Source: a virus
Virus record (IMG/VR): IMGVR_UViG_3300032285_003468
Coordinates: 5,214 to 69,213 of that record
Reading direction: 5' to 3' (one strand)
Length of the DNA stretch: 64,000 nt
In this document: positions 16,730 through 26,663 of the stretch, piece by piece
Position numbering within the stretch: the stretch's first letter is position 1
Layout: the number at the start of each line of letters is the position of its first letter
The notes under the pieces: model-generated
What the model saw: the letters and a program-made list of their open reading frames with translations, nothing else
Database searches by the model: none
What the model was told of the DNA's origin: nothing
Made by a program: the position numbers and the translations under genes

Positions 16730-17044
16730 ATGCCCACCTACGAAGATTATCGTGAAAGTTGTGTGAGCCCATACGAGCAGGCCATTGCTCGGTACGAGTC
16801 AGAGGTTCTCCCCGTTCAGCTTCGTGAACAACTCCTTTACCGAAGGGGTGAGTTAAGACAACAACGAGAAGCTAGAGCCATTTCCGAAAGGAAGTACCGG
16901 AAAGCTATGCAGAAAGAAAATCTGCGCAGGAAAAAGTTATCCCTGGAGATACAGAGACGTTTGGAGATGGCCGAAGATCGAGCTAGAGCCGACCGGCTTG
17001 AAATCCAGCGCAAGCTATTAAAACAGCAAACCCTTAAAAGCTAA
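16730..17044 (+). CDS. Basic coiled-coil protein
   Basis: 104 aa, R/E/K-rich. Confidence 0.7.
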   Translation: MPTYEDYRESCVSPYEQAIARYESEVLPVQLREQLLYRRGELRQQREARAISERKYRKAMQKENLRRKKLSLEIQRRLEMAEDRARADRLEIQRKLLKQQTLKS

Positions 17045-17307
17045 TGAAACGCTTACTAATTGCAGCCCTGGTACCCTGCATCCTTTCAACTTTGCATTCC
17101 GAGTACCCTGAACCAGTCTTATCAATCGGCTCAGATAGGATATCCGAAGGGGTTTCCTACGGCCCGGTTTATTCGGTCTGGGACCGAGGTGGTAAAGACC
17201 ATACTGGAGTGATCGTCGGCGACCAGGACTTCTCCCTGGTGGTGCCCCTGGATCACAAGGAGACCCCGGTCATGCAGTCCGGGGGGTTGATTATTCCTTT
17301 AGATTGA
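17044..17307 (+). CDS. Putative exported protein
   Basis: 87 aa, N-terminal signal-like MKRLLIAALVPCIL. Confidence 0.6.
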   Translation: MKRLLIAALVPCILSTLHSEYPEPVLSIGSDRISEGVSYGPVYSVWDRGGKDHTGVIVGDQDFSLVVPLDHKETPVMQSGGLIIPLD

Positions 17308-17535
17308 ATCTACCCGGTGGCAGATACCCTCTCCCCACTCGTTCTGTTCGCACATCTCGTCCTGTAGGTAGCCTGACAAATCCTCGGGCATTACCATGTG
17401 GTTTGCCGTCATGTAGGCTCGGACGTTTTCTAAAAGCTCCGGGAAGAAGTCTGCCTTGAACCGGATTCCATGTTTCTTGCAGTACCACCGGTACCCTCCT
17501 GGGGGGATTAGGGATATGTCGTTGAGTCTTTTCAT
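17299..17535 (-). CDS. Hypothetical late protein
   Basis: 78 aa coupled to the stop of the giant gene; PPGG and Cys motifs. Confidence 0.7.
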   Translation of the reverse strand: MKRLNDISLIPPGGYRWYCKKHGIRFKADFFPELLENVRAYMTANHMVMPEDLSGYLQDEMCEQNEWGEGICHRVDSI

Positions 17536-20500
17536 TTCATGGCTAATTGGGTCTTCCGGGTGGCCAGAACGATCTTCGGGTCAGCGGGTTTGATCTTCCC
17601 GGAGATCATCATCTTGTCTACCACCGAGGCGGCGTAGAGGTTGGCAGCGCCGTTGACGTTGGTTCCCTGGAGGAATGATTGAGCCATGTCCTGGGGCATC
17701 TTGACGAGCTGTTGCACGGCCTCCGGTGTCAGTACCTTGCGGAGATACTCTCCACGGGCTAAGACAAACTCCCTCCAAGCGTCGTTACCGAGGTCTCCGA
17801 CCCGGGCCATCGTACCCTTGCTGTCTGCAAATACGGGGGTGCTCTTGTTGGCTTTCGGAATGAAGAGCCCGTGCTCGGAGAGCGGAGTGAGAACCGGGTG
17901 ATTCTCGGTCGACGAGTGGATCCAGCGATCGAACACGGGGTCCAAGGCGTTCTTGGTGATGGGCTCTCCAAGCTGATTGAGGGCGGGCTTGTCGTATCCG
18001 ATGTAGGCAGGAGAGAAAGCCCAGAGCTTGTTGAGGATCGAACTTTGATCCAGGACCGGAGTCTTGTGTTCGGGGTTGATAAGACCCTCTCCGACCTGAC
18101 GTGCGGTGCGGAGGATCGAGGGGTTGGTGAACTGAGTGGCGGGGCTGAGGACAAAGTTCTCGATTCCGCGCACACCCTTCTCTCCTTCTCCGCCGAAGAA
18201 GATGTCGACAAGGTTCTTGGCTCCGTTGAGGAAGTGGTGCTGGAGGGGGGCGCGGAAAGCCGCGACGGCCATGCCGAGCAATTTCTCCTCGCTCATTGAA
18301 ATGGTTGCACCCGGAGCGATCCTTCCGTTGACCCTCGGAGGAGGATTGTTGTAGACCACCTCGTCGTGGATTTGCCCCAAGACGGGCAGGAGTAGGTTAA
18401 AGCCGGGGATTGCCTTGTAGGGGAGGACCTGGCCACCGATGCGGATTGAGTTGGGCATCCATCCTGTGGACATCAACTGGCTTTTCTTGGCGGCATCCTT
18501 CGGACCCTCTCCATAAACCGCAAAGGTAGGCGAGGGCTCCCCGGTCTCAAGCTCGTGATTCAATTCCTTGAGGAAAGCTATTACGACTCCTCCCATGAGG
18601 GTTGTTCCAATTACCGAACGCGCCATCAAGGCGGTGGTCCTTGGGTCACCGGGCTGATAGCGCTCGTGAGCATAAGGGGAGTCCGAACCAAAGAAGAGGT
18701 CCGAGGGGTTGATGTTCTTGGCCTTGAGGAAACCGAAGGGAGTGTACTCCAAACCAGAGTTGGTGACGGTGGCCAGGATTCGGATGAAGGGGAAGCAGTA
18801 ACGCATGACCGGGAACTGCTGAGTCATCTTTCCAATGGCGGCCGCAGTATACCCCGCAAATCCCGTCATCTTGCCCTTGAGGGTGGCCTCCTTGGCAAAG
18901 TCCAGGGCGTTCTCCTGCACGTCTGGATTGACTGCTTCGGGCAAGTTGTTCTGGAGGTGGAGCTGATCCAGATGCCAGGCTTTAGCAAACTCTGCTGTCT
19001 TCTCGTCAAAGCCCTTAAACATACCTGCTTTCGCATCGTCCTCCAGTTGCTTGCGGGCAGCGGCCATCTCTTGCTGAGTGGGCTCGAAGATGCGGCGGAC
19101 CTTCTCGTCAAGCTCGCGTCCCTTGATTCCTCCTTCGAGGTAGGCGGCACGGGTGGCAAGACGCATGGCAAGCTCCCGGGTGGGTCCGAAGTTGATTGCG
19201 TCAAAGGCCATCATGGCCCTGCCACCGATTGCGGCGAACCGGTTGTATCCCCGGAAGAACTTTCCTGCGGCTCCGTCTCCACCCCAATCGCTGTCCGCAA
19301 TCGCGTCGGATCCGCGCTTGGCAATACCCATCTCACCAGCAATACCCATCTCACCAGTGCGGAGAGATCCGATCGCCTGTTTGATGTGAACGTTTCCACG
19401 GGCACCACCGGCACCCGGCAGAACCATCGAGTTGAGGAAGTCTTTCATGAACCCAAAGACCTCGGCCGTCGAAGCCCCGTTTGCCATAGCCTGGTGCATG
19501 TGTCCGTAAGCCAGGGAAGCACCCATGACTCGGGAGTTGAGTAGTCCACTGAACCCGTGCGTCATGAACGTCTGGGGCCCGGTCAGAATGAGCGAACGGA
19601 AAATCTCGGGACCGAGTTGTGACACGGCCTTCCAAACTTTCTGCCACCCATCAGCCTTGTCGAAGTCGGCCTTGAGAATGTGCATGGCAAGGGCCGAGCG
19701 ATACCGGGCCTTCTCCCATTCCTTCAGGGCCCCCTCGGGCATGTTGAGAATTCTGTTGGCGGCCTGACGCATCTCTCGGGCGGTCTTGGCGTCGTATCCG
19801 GTAATGCCGAGGGACTCCAGGACTTTCTGGTCGAGGAAATCCGCGTCGTAACCACCCGTGCGGAGCATGCCAGTCAGGGCGTTGACTACGTCTTTGGATT
19901 TGCCGCCGAGTAGATCCCCGTAAACCTCGTCCACGAGATCCGCTGCGAGACCCTTTGCCATGCGGCCGTGGGCCTGCTCGTAGAGATTGCGAAGCTGCTG
20001 ATTGAGGGCGGTCACCTTGTTGGGGTTAGCCTTGTCTCCTCCCAGGGCTTCCTTGACCACCGACTTCATGTAGTCGTAATCGGAATCGAGCATGCCCAAG
20101 TTGTCCGTAATCTTCTTGATGGTATCGGGATCTTCTATTCCGAAGGTCTCCAATAGTCTTCCTGCGGCCGACACCGCACGCTCAGCGATCTTCTGTTTGG
20201 CTTCCGCCAGGCCGTCGCGAAGCTGGTCCATGTTGATCTTCTCGGAAACGGAATCCTCGACGGTCCCTCCGATGATCGCTTTCTGGAAAGCGCGGATGTA
20301 ATCCTGTGCGCTGAACTTTGCGAGCATGCGGCGTAGCGACATTGCCTGTGCAGACTCGGTTCCGACCGCGATCGAAATACCCTCTGCCTCGCGGCGGTAC
20401 TTGTCGTAGCTGCGAAGTAGCGTGGGGTCAACGGGTTTCCCTGCGGCAATGTTGGCCCGGATCTGTTCGGCCCTGGAACCGAACTGACTTGCAAGGATGG

Positions 20501-23500
20501 TAGCCACCGCTTGCTTGTCTTTCGGTGCGATCTTTGCGTAGGGCTGCTTGATTTTATCGAGAGCGCCACGCAAATCGTCCTTGTAATTGTTAATGAAATT
20601 CTCTGCCTCGGCGGTAGTTTCCTCCTCGGTCGTCGGGATGTAGGTGAAGGGATCGTTCTCGTCGTTGTAAATTGACTCGGAGACCTTGGGCGCGGAAGCT
20701 CCCTTGCGGTACATGATCTCGTCGTCTCCTTGAGCGACTTTGCTTTCGACATCTTCGACCGAGGTTCCTTTCTTGGGGAAAACGTCCACGTCGAAATAAT
20801 GAAGTTGGCCGTTTCGGTCCCTCATTACGTTCTTCGGTCCCTGGTCGTAAATCCCAACGCCCAATCCTTTGTGCTCCCAAATGTCGGCGTCACGGCTTCC
20901 GTCCACACGGGTGAAACCACGGGCTTCTAGGTCTTTGGCGATTTCCTTGCGAGTCGCCGGGCGTCCCTCGAAGAAAGGTTGCGAGGTGACGACTTGAGGA
21001 AGCTGCCCCTCTCCGGTATTGACCAGGCCCTCGAAACGAGTGCCGGTTCCGAAGATCAGGTTGTTGAGGTGGAGCGAGGTGAGATAATCGTATGCTGATC
21101 CCTTGGCACCCAGAGACCCGTCGCCGATGTCGTCGGCGTGTGTAATCTTTACGATCCTGTTTGACTGAGGATCCAGGTATGTCGTGTGCTCGGCTCCGGC
21201 GATCGGTTCTCCGTCTTTGTCTCGGAGTAGGGTGCGGTCGTTTACAATCCGCTTAAAGAAAGCGGGAACTATGTTCAGCCCAGCTTTATCGACCGCTGCT
21301 TTTAATAGTCCGAAGGAATCTGAGAGGGAGCGTTGCGTGCGGCCATTGCTCGTATTTCCTGCTCCGACATCTTTGGCCTGTTTTGCAAGCTCTCCAAGGC
21401 CCGACGCTTTGCGGTAAGGGCTTTCACGATTGAGTCCTTCTCGGTAGAGGAAACCGACTTGTGGTGAGTTTTCGTCATGAGGGATACTATTATACTCTTT
21501 TTCCGCCCCAGAGTCAATCCCCGATTTGGCGTACAGCGGTTCCTCACTTAGTTCTTGACTTGAACTTTCCTCCGGGGGCCCCGTGCTGGGTGCCTCCTCG
21601 GTGCCAGTCTGATCTTCAGCTACTGGCTCTGGGAATCTGCTGAGGCGCTCGTCTCGGGTTCCTGAGAGGGACTCGGGGGCGTGTTGCTCGAAGGCTTCGT
21701 TGACGATCTCGGCGTACCGCCGACGAAAGCCAAGGATGTCCCGTATTTTGCTATTGCCTCCTCCGGAGACAATTTGCTCACGGTATGAATCCCCTTCTGG
21801 ATGGTCTTGCCAGTTGTTTTCATGAGAGTCTACAGTAGTCTGAACGTGATCCACCTGTAAAGGAAATTCGTTCTTGGTTCCCCAAGCTAGGATTGCGTTT
21901 TCGAGTTTTCCGGCTTGCGCTTCCGTCAAGCTCTTTGGCGTGTAGGTCCCTTTCTTGGTGCCTACAATCATAGCTCTCTCGCCGTCGCGGTAAGGCTGAA
22001 CCGTCATCCCAGATAGACCGGCTTCTTTAGCCATAGAGTCTAACTGCTCGGGTGTGAACTTACCTCCGCCCTGGGGGTGGACAAATAAAGCAAGGCTATC
22101 TTTTCCGCCCTTGTCGAACGTGGCCGTCATGGTTCCGCCTTGCTCGGAGACAAGAGCCAGCGCGTTAGACAGCATCCCGGCAGCCTCTCGGCTTCCGAGT
22201 ACCTCAATCGCGGTGCTGGGATTAGACGCACCTCCCCATCTTCCGTAAGTCGAGGAAATTGATCTTATCCGGAGAGAGCCTCCGATGATCTTGGCTAGCT
22301 CAGGCACGACTTTAGAAATGACTTGAGTCGTGATCGCGGCCTGCTTTTCGGGAGCTAGGTTTGAGATATCAGGGAATGATCCGGGCAGCCTGTTTCCGTA
22401 CGAGTAGCTTACCTCGGCGTAAATGTGGGACGTGTTCTGAGCCATCGTGCTGGCGATGGTAGATTCAGGCAACCCATACTGGCGAAGCAGTCTCATCCAT
22501 CCTACGGCTTGCACTTCGGACGGGGTCCAGTTTCCGCCTTCCCAACCAACCTCGTTAAGGTGCTTGGTGAGGTCGTTGCCCCACTCGGAAATTCCTTCGT
22601 ACTGACCCGAGCTAGGAGATCCCACTTGATCGACACCGAGGGGGATTGGCTTCTTGCCCTGAACTTTGACGCTGATCTTAGACGGCTGAACGACTTCTTT
22701 TCCTTTTACCATCGTCGACTTGGTCTGAATCACGTCAATCTTCACGGGTTTTCCGTCGATAAAAAGATCACCCTCTTCAGCCATTTCTTTAAGTCGAGTC
22801 AGGGTAGCCTGATCAACGTGACCACTATCACGGCCAGTGTGTACGTCGGCGACAAAAGGTGCTCCCGACTCCAGGCTGTGGCCCATGTAGGTGCGGGTCG
22901 AGCGTTGAAATCCAGCGTCTACAAAGTCGGTCAGCTTCTGCCCGAAACCTTTTTTCGGGACCGTGTTGGTTAGAATGCCTTCGATCTTCTCGTCAGCAAG
23001 CCCGCCCTTCTTGCCCGTGCTGATTCCGTTGAGTCGGTCTTCAACGCGGAACACGTTGCGGAGAGCACCGGCCGGTGTCTCGTTCTGCTGAGCGCCTAGC
23101 CAGGCCATCATCATGGTCGGAGCGTTCTCCTCACCGAAGATGCGCGTAAAATTATCCTTCAGCTCGTTGTACCAATTACGGAAGGAATGGATGTCCTGGT
23201 TCGATAGCCACTTCTCGGTCTCTTCGACCCAATCACCATAGGGCTTACCACCGAATTTTTTCTGCGCACCGACAACGATCGGGCGTCCCTGCTTATCCTG
23301 GAACTTGGTTAGGGGATTCCTTGCAATACCGGTTCCTTCACGGCGGTTGTTTTTCTGCGAGACGTTCTTGACGTAATTCCCGGCGGCCTCGCGCAGGAAG
23401 TCGAGACCAGTCTGGTCGAGTCCAGCTTGGCGCATGATCTCTTCTTTGGGAATGGTGTACTCTCTGCCAGAGTTGGTAAGCGTGAGAATGTGATCGACGG

Positions 23501-26500
23501 CATGGGCCAGAGCGGAGCTGTCATTAACCCCAAGACCAAACATACTGCGGACGCCTTTGACGAAAGCATTCCAGGCGTTGATTACTTTAGTGGTATTTCC
23601 AACTCCCTTGTAAAGCTCGTTCGGGTCTTCGATCTCGATCTTGCGAAGCATGTTCTGGAACGCTTCGTTGGACATGGCGTGAGTAACAAACTCTTCGATG
23701 TTGCTCCACCCGTAGTGGTTTAAATCGTCGTTGGTGAGGGCAGCGTCGGCGCGGCGGGTGGCGTCGATCTTTTCGTCAGTTGTGAGACCCTGTTTCTTTG
23801 CTTCCTGGAGGGCTCGATCATAGACTTTCTGCAACCCTGTCACAGCGCGTTTCTGAAGAGCTGACAGGGAGTCAAAGTTTTCGGGTTTCAGGAAACCACG
23901 GATCAGGGAGTGGAATGCTTCGTGCAGGAGGGTCTCTTCGTCGAGCTTTCCGTCCTTACCGGCAATCACATGGATCTCGTTAGTCTTCGGGTCCCAGTAA
24001 CCGAGGATTCCGTCTCCGAGGGACTCGTGGAAATTGGTTTTAGAATTTTCGATAGCACCCGACTGAAGGACCATCTTACCGAGAGCCTTGTAGAGCTTGT
24101 TCTCGGTCGAGTTGACCATCTTCTGGAGTAGCTTCTTGGTGCTCTCGGTACGGAGGATCGGACCCTCTTTGCCTTGCGGGGCGGAGGGGTTGAAACGGAA
24201 ACGGCGTTGTTCGTCGTTAACGTTAATCACGTCTCCCGGGAAGTTGTCCCGGCCGATCATCTGGTTAAGAGATTCGGGGCTCCGGAAAGCCTTTGCAATG
24301 GGGTCGCGGTCGCTCATTGGGCGGGCCCCGTTGCGGGCTGCCTCAAGCGATTCCTGATTCCCTGCAACAATGGACTTCAGCTCCCTGGAGTCCTCTTGCG
24401 AAACTCCGCGATTGGCGATCAAACGGAGTGCGACTGCCATGCGCTTAACGAGATCGTTGTTCTCGTTGCGAACAAAATCCATTGCGTCGGAAATCTGGCT
24501 ATCGCTATAAGATTTTTGAGTTCCCTCGTAGTCGGCTCCGGTGGCACCCATGTCAGGGCCTTCGGGTTCTTCGGGGGTTTCTTCGCCGGTAGCCTGGGAA
24601 CGAACTTCGTCCTTCCAGTTTTCTCCGTCGTCGATTATGGCGGGCCCTTCAGATACTGCTTTCTGATTTTCAAACCCCTCGTTATTCCGGGTCTGAGTTT
24701 TTCCAGTCGCCTGCGCGTTTAGCTTGACCTTTCCGATCGTGTCGGCGGCAGCTTTTAGAAGCAAATTGGCAACGCTGTAGGGAGTCTCGGCACCAGCGGT
24801 AGCTTTTACGCCCTCCTGGCGGCCTTGCCATTTCGCGAGGATTGCCTCGGCCTTGCCTTTGTCGGCGCGGTTCTTGAGATACTTAAAAGTCTCGTAAAGA
24901 GCCCCGTTACGGAGGGCCTCTACAGACTCGGGGCCTACGATTGCGGCCCACTTCGGGAATGTGTCTTGAATTGCCTTGTCGAGGTATTCCCAAAGTCCGT
25001 TGGTGAAAGGCTGCTGGTCCTCGGGGATTGAATTTGCCAGCTTGACCGAGTCCTCGGGCTTGTAGAGATCTAAGACGTCGGTCTTACCGCCGCGCTCGAT
25101 GCTGCGCTTGGCGTCGTGGAAAATGGGTTTCCCTTCCTTGTCGACTCGTCCCGTATCAACGGGTTGGATTGCCGGGGTGGGTGCCGGTGCGATGTCCTCG
25201 GGGGAGAAAGTGTTGCGGTCGTCAACGGGCTTAACCGGCTCGGCGGGTTGTGAGGCAACAGGGTTTCCTGAAGCATCCAATACAACCGGTTGGCTCGGCT
25301 CGGCGGCCGAAGATTCCAAAGGGGCCTCAGGTGCCTGTTCGACGGGAGGAATAACCCCTTCCGAGACGGGCTCAGCGGCCTGTGTGTCAGTCGGGGGCGT
25401 AGTAACTTCTTCAGCGGGCTGAGCGCCCCAACGCTGATAAATGTCGTGAACGGCGCTGAGGTTAGTCGGAGTTCCTCGGGTGGCCTCTCCTCGGGGAGAT
25501 TCACTGACGGGGGTAGGGGTGGGATTCTGGTTAATGTCGGGTCCGACCGGGTATCCTTCTCCGGGTTCCACGGGAGGCACGTACCCTGGCTCCCCGGGCT
25601 CCTGATAAGATCTCGTAAATTTGGTGCGATTTTCAGGCTCTGCCTCAGTCTTGGTCTCAGCAGCGGGTTCTTCAGTTGCCTCTTCAGCCGTACGGTCCGT
25701 AAGGGCGAGTAGCGCCTTCGCGGTCTCCGGTGCGTCGGCCTGGAGGGCGTTGTCAGAGGCAGCCTTGAGCCTTTCGATTTGCTCGGCGCTCTTTTGCTGA
25801 TCCTCTTCGGATAGACCCTCTTCCTTTGGCTTGGCTTCGGCCACGGGCTTTTCCCCTGCGACCTTGCCGCCGGGAGTAAGGCCACCCAGAATCGCCATAT
25901 CACGCATGGAATGCAGGACATCTGAGCCCGTCGGTAGGGGTGTCTCTTCGACGGTCCCGTCTCCGGCGACCGCGTTGATACCCTTACGTGCGGCGTAATC
26001 TGCATACGGGAAAGCGGCACCACCAACTCCGCTGAGAGCGGCTTTCTTGGCGGCTTCTCCAAGACCCATCTTGGCGTAATTTCCGATCGACTTAGCGGCC
26101 ATCCCACCCATGACGCCAGCGTTGCCGATTGCGGCCACATCTTTGTTTTTCTGCTGGGCTTCATTGATGGCCTGGTCGACGCCTGCGACTTGTTCGCCTT
26201 TCTTGATTGCTTTGTCGGTCAGTAGGGATCCAGCAGAAAACTCAAGTGCGGGAAGAGCAAACTCGGCACCCAGGGCTAGGGGAACCTTGACATAACTTGG
26301 GAGGGGGGCTTTGAGAGCGGCTTGAGCCAGTTTTTGGTTAACACCCCCCATAGCATGGGAGGCAAATTCACCTCCCTTCATGGAACCATACGCTTCAGCG
26401 GCGGCGGAACCACCGGCAAGTGCAGCCTGACCGGGGTCAGAGGCAATCTCTTTTCCGGCTCCCTTAACCGTATCCACGGCGCTAGCTAGGACCCCCTTAT

Positions 26501-26657
26501 TGCTTTGGGTGTTTAAGTGGTCCGAGATCTCGTCGACTGAATAGCCCGATTTCCTAGCCCCCTCGACATCAAATCCAGGGTTCTGGGTCGCAAGATAACT
26601 CTGGATTTCGTCGTCGGAGTATCCCGCTTGGCGGGCTCCGGCTAGGTCAAAGGCCAT
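17532..26657 (-). CDS. Giant polyvalent internal virion (ejection) protein
   Basis: 3041 aa; twin N-terminal GYSxDEI repeats; zincin LLHEAFH..EEF; kinase-like G-AEH..VK..D..PKNV..YFDVD; C-terminal GWMPNSIRIG segment. Confidence 0.85.
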   Translation of the reverse strand: MAFDLAGARQAGYSDDEIQSYLATQNPGFDVEGARKSGYSVDEISDHLNTQSNKGVLASAVDTVKGAGKEIASDPGQAALAGGSAAAEAYGSMKGGEFASHAMGGVNQKLAQAALKAPLPSYVKVPLALGAEFALPALEFSAGSLLTDKAIKKGEQVAGVDQAINEAQQKNKDVAAIGNAGVMGGMAAKSIGNYAKMGLGEAAKKAALSGVGGAAFPYADYAARKGINAVAGDGTVEETPLPTGSDVLHSMRDMAILGGLTPGGKVAGEKPVAEAKPKEEGLSEEDQQKSAEQIERLKAASDNALQADAPETAKALLALTDRTAEEATEEPAAETKTEAEPENRTKFTRSYQEPGEPGYVPPVEPGEGYPVGPDINQNPTPTPVSESPRGEATRGTPTNLSAVHDIYQRWGAQPAEEVTTPPTDTQAAEPVSEGVIPPVEQAPEAPLESSAAEPSQPVVLDASGNPVASQPAEPVKPVDDRNTFSPEDIAPAPTPAIQPVDTGRVDKEGKPIFHDAKRSIERGGKTDVLDLYKPEDSVKLANSIPEDQQPFTNGLWEYLDKAIQDTFPKWAAIVGPESVEALRNGALYETFKYLKNRADKGKAEAILAKWQGRQEGVKATAGAETPYSVANLLLKAAADTIGKVKLNAQATGKTQTRNNEGFENQKAVSEGPAIIDDGENWKDEVRSQATGEETPEEPEGPDMGATGADYEGTQKSYSDSQISDAMDFVRNENNDLVKRMAVALRLIANRGVSQEDSRELKSIVAGNQESLEAARNGARPMSDRDPIAKAFRSPESLNQMIGRDNFPGDVINVNDEQRRFRFNPSAPQGKEGPILRTESTKKLLQKMVNSTENKLYKALGKMVLQSGAIENSKTNFHESLGDGILGYWDPKTNEIHVIAGKDGKLDEETLLHEAFHSLIRGFLKPENFDSLSALQKRAVTGLQKVYDRALQEAKKQGLTTDEKIDATRRADAALTNDDLNHYGWSNIEEFVTHAMSNEAFQNMLRKIEIEDPNELYKGVGNTTKVINAWNAFVKGVRSMFGLGVNDSSALAHAVDHILTLTNSGREYTIPKEEIMRQAGLDQTGLDFLREAAGNYVKNVSQKNNRREGTGIARNPLTKFQDKQGRPIVVGAQKKFGGKPYGDWVEETEKWLSNQDIHSFRNWYNELKDNFTRIFGEENAPTMMMAWLGAQQNETPAGALRNVFRVEDRLNGISTGKKGGLADEKIEGILTNTVPKKGFGQKLTDFVDAGFQRSTRTYMGHSLESGAPFVADVHTGRDSGHVDQATLTRLKEMAEEGDLFIDGKPVKIDVIQTKSTMVKGKEVVQPSKISVKVQGKKPIPLGVDQVGSPSSGQYEGISEWGNDLTKHLNEVGWEGGNWTPSEVQAVGWMRLLRQYGLPESTIASTMAQNTSHIYAEVSYSYGNRLPGSFPDISNLAPEKQAAITTQVISKVVPELAKIIGGSLRIRSISSTYGRWGGASNPSTAIEVLGSREAAGMLSNALALVSEQGGTMTATFDKGGKDSLALFVHPQGGGKFTPEQLDSMAKEAGLSGMTVQPYRDGERAMIVGTKKGTYTPKSLTEAQAGKLENAILAWGTKNEFPLQVDHVQTTVDSHENNWQDHPEGDSYREQIVSGGGNSKIRDILGFRRRYAEIVNEAFEQHAPESLSGTRDERLSRFPEPVAEDQTGTEEAPSTGPPEESSSQELSEEPLYAKSGIDSGAEKEYNSIPHDENSPQVGFLYREGLNRESPYRKASGLGELAKQAKDVGAGNTSNGRTQRSLSDSFGLLKAAVDKAGLNIVPAFFKRIVNDRTLLRDKDGEPIAGAEHTTYLDPQSNRIVKITHADDIGDGSLGAKGSAYDYLTSLHLNNLIFGTGTRFEGLVNTGEGQLPQVVTSQPFFEGRPATRKEIAKDLEARGFTRVDGSRDADIWEHKGLGVGIYDQGPKNVMRDRNGQLHYFDVDVFPKKGTSVEDVESKVAQGDDEIMYRKGASAPKVSESIYNDENDPFTYIPTTEEETTAEAENFINNYKDDLRGALDKIKQPYAKIAPKDKQAVATILASQFGSRAEQIRANIAAGKPVDPTLLRSYDKYRREAEGISIAVGTESAQAMSLRRMLAKFSAQDYIRAFQKAIIGGTVEDSVSEKINMDQLRDGLAEAKQKIAERAVSAAGRLLETFGIEDPDTIKKITDNLGMLDSDYDYMKSVVKEALGGDKANPNKVTALNQQLRNLYEQAHGRMAKGLAADLVDEVYGDLLGGKSKDVVNALTGMLRTGGYDADFLDQKVLESLGITGYDAKTAREMRQAANRILNMPEGALKEWEKARYRSALAMHILKADFDKADGWQKVWKAVSQLGPEIFRSLILTGPQTFMTHGFSGLLNSRVMGASLAYGHMHQAMANGASTAEVFGFMKDFLNSMVLPGAGGARGNVHIKQAIGSLRTGEMGIAGEMGIAKRGSDAIADSDWGGDGAAGKFFRGYNRFAAIGGRAMMAFDAINFGPTRELAMRLATRAAYLEGGIKGRELDEKVRRIFEPTQQEMAAARKQLEDDAKAGMFKGFDEKTAEFAKAWHLDQLHLQNNLPEAVNPDVQENALDFAKEATLKGKMTGFAGYTAAAIGKMTQQFPVMRYCFPFIRILATVTNSGLEYTPFGFLKAKNINPSDLFFGSDSPYAHERYQPGDPRTTALMARSVIGTTLMGGVVIAFLKELNHELETGEPSPTFAVYGEGPKDAAKKSQLMSTGWMPNSIRIGGQVLPYKAIPGFNLLLPVLGQIHDEVVYNNPPPRVNGRIAPGATISMSEEKLLGMAVAAFRAPLQHHFLNGAKNLVDIFFGGEGEKGVRGIENFVLSPATQFTNPSILRTARQVGEGLINPEHKTPVLDQSSILNKLWAFSPAYIGYDKPALNQLGEPITKNALDPVFDRWIHSSTENHPVLTPLSEHGLFIPKANKSTPVFADSKGTMARVGDLGNDAWREFVLARGEYLRKVLTPEAVQQLVKMPQDMAQSFLQGTNVNGAANLYAASVVDKMMISGKIKPADPKIVLATRKTQLAMK

Positions 26658-26663
26658 GGGTAA

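Noticed and set aside
19321-19356. 18-bp tandem duplication (GEMGIA x2)
   Set aside because: Ordinary in-frame slippage with no wider pattern
17532-26657. Virion RNA polymerase as in N4 or crAss-like phages
   Set aside because: No DFDGD-type or T7-type catalytic motifs recognised; a highly diverged enzyme cannot be fully excluded without structure search
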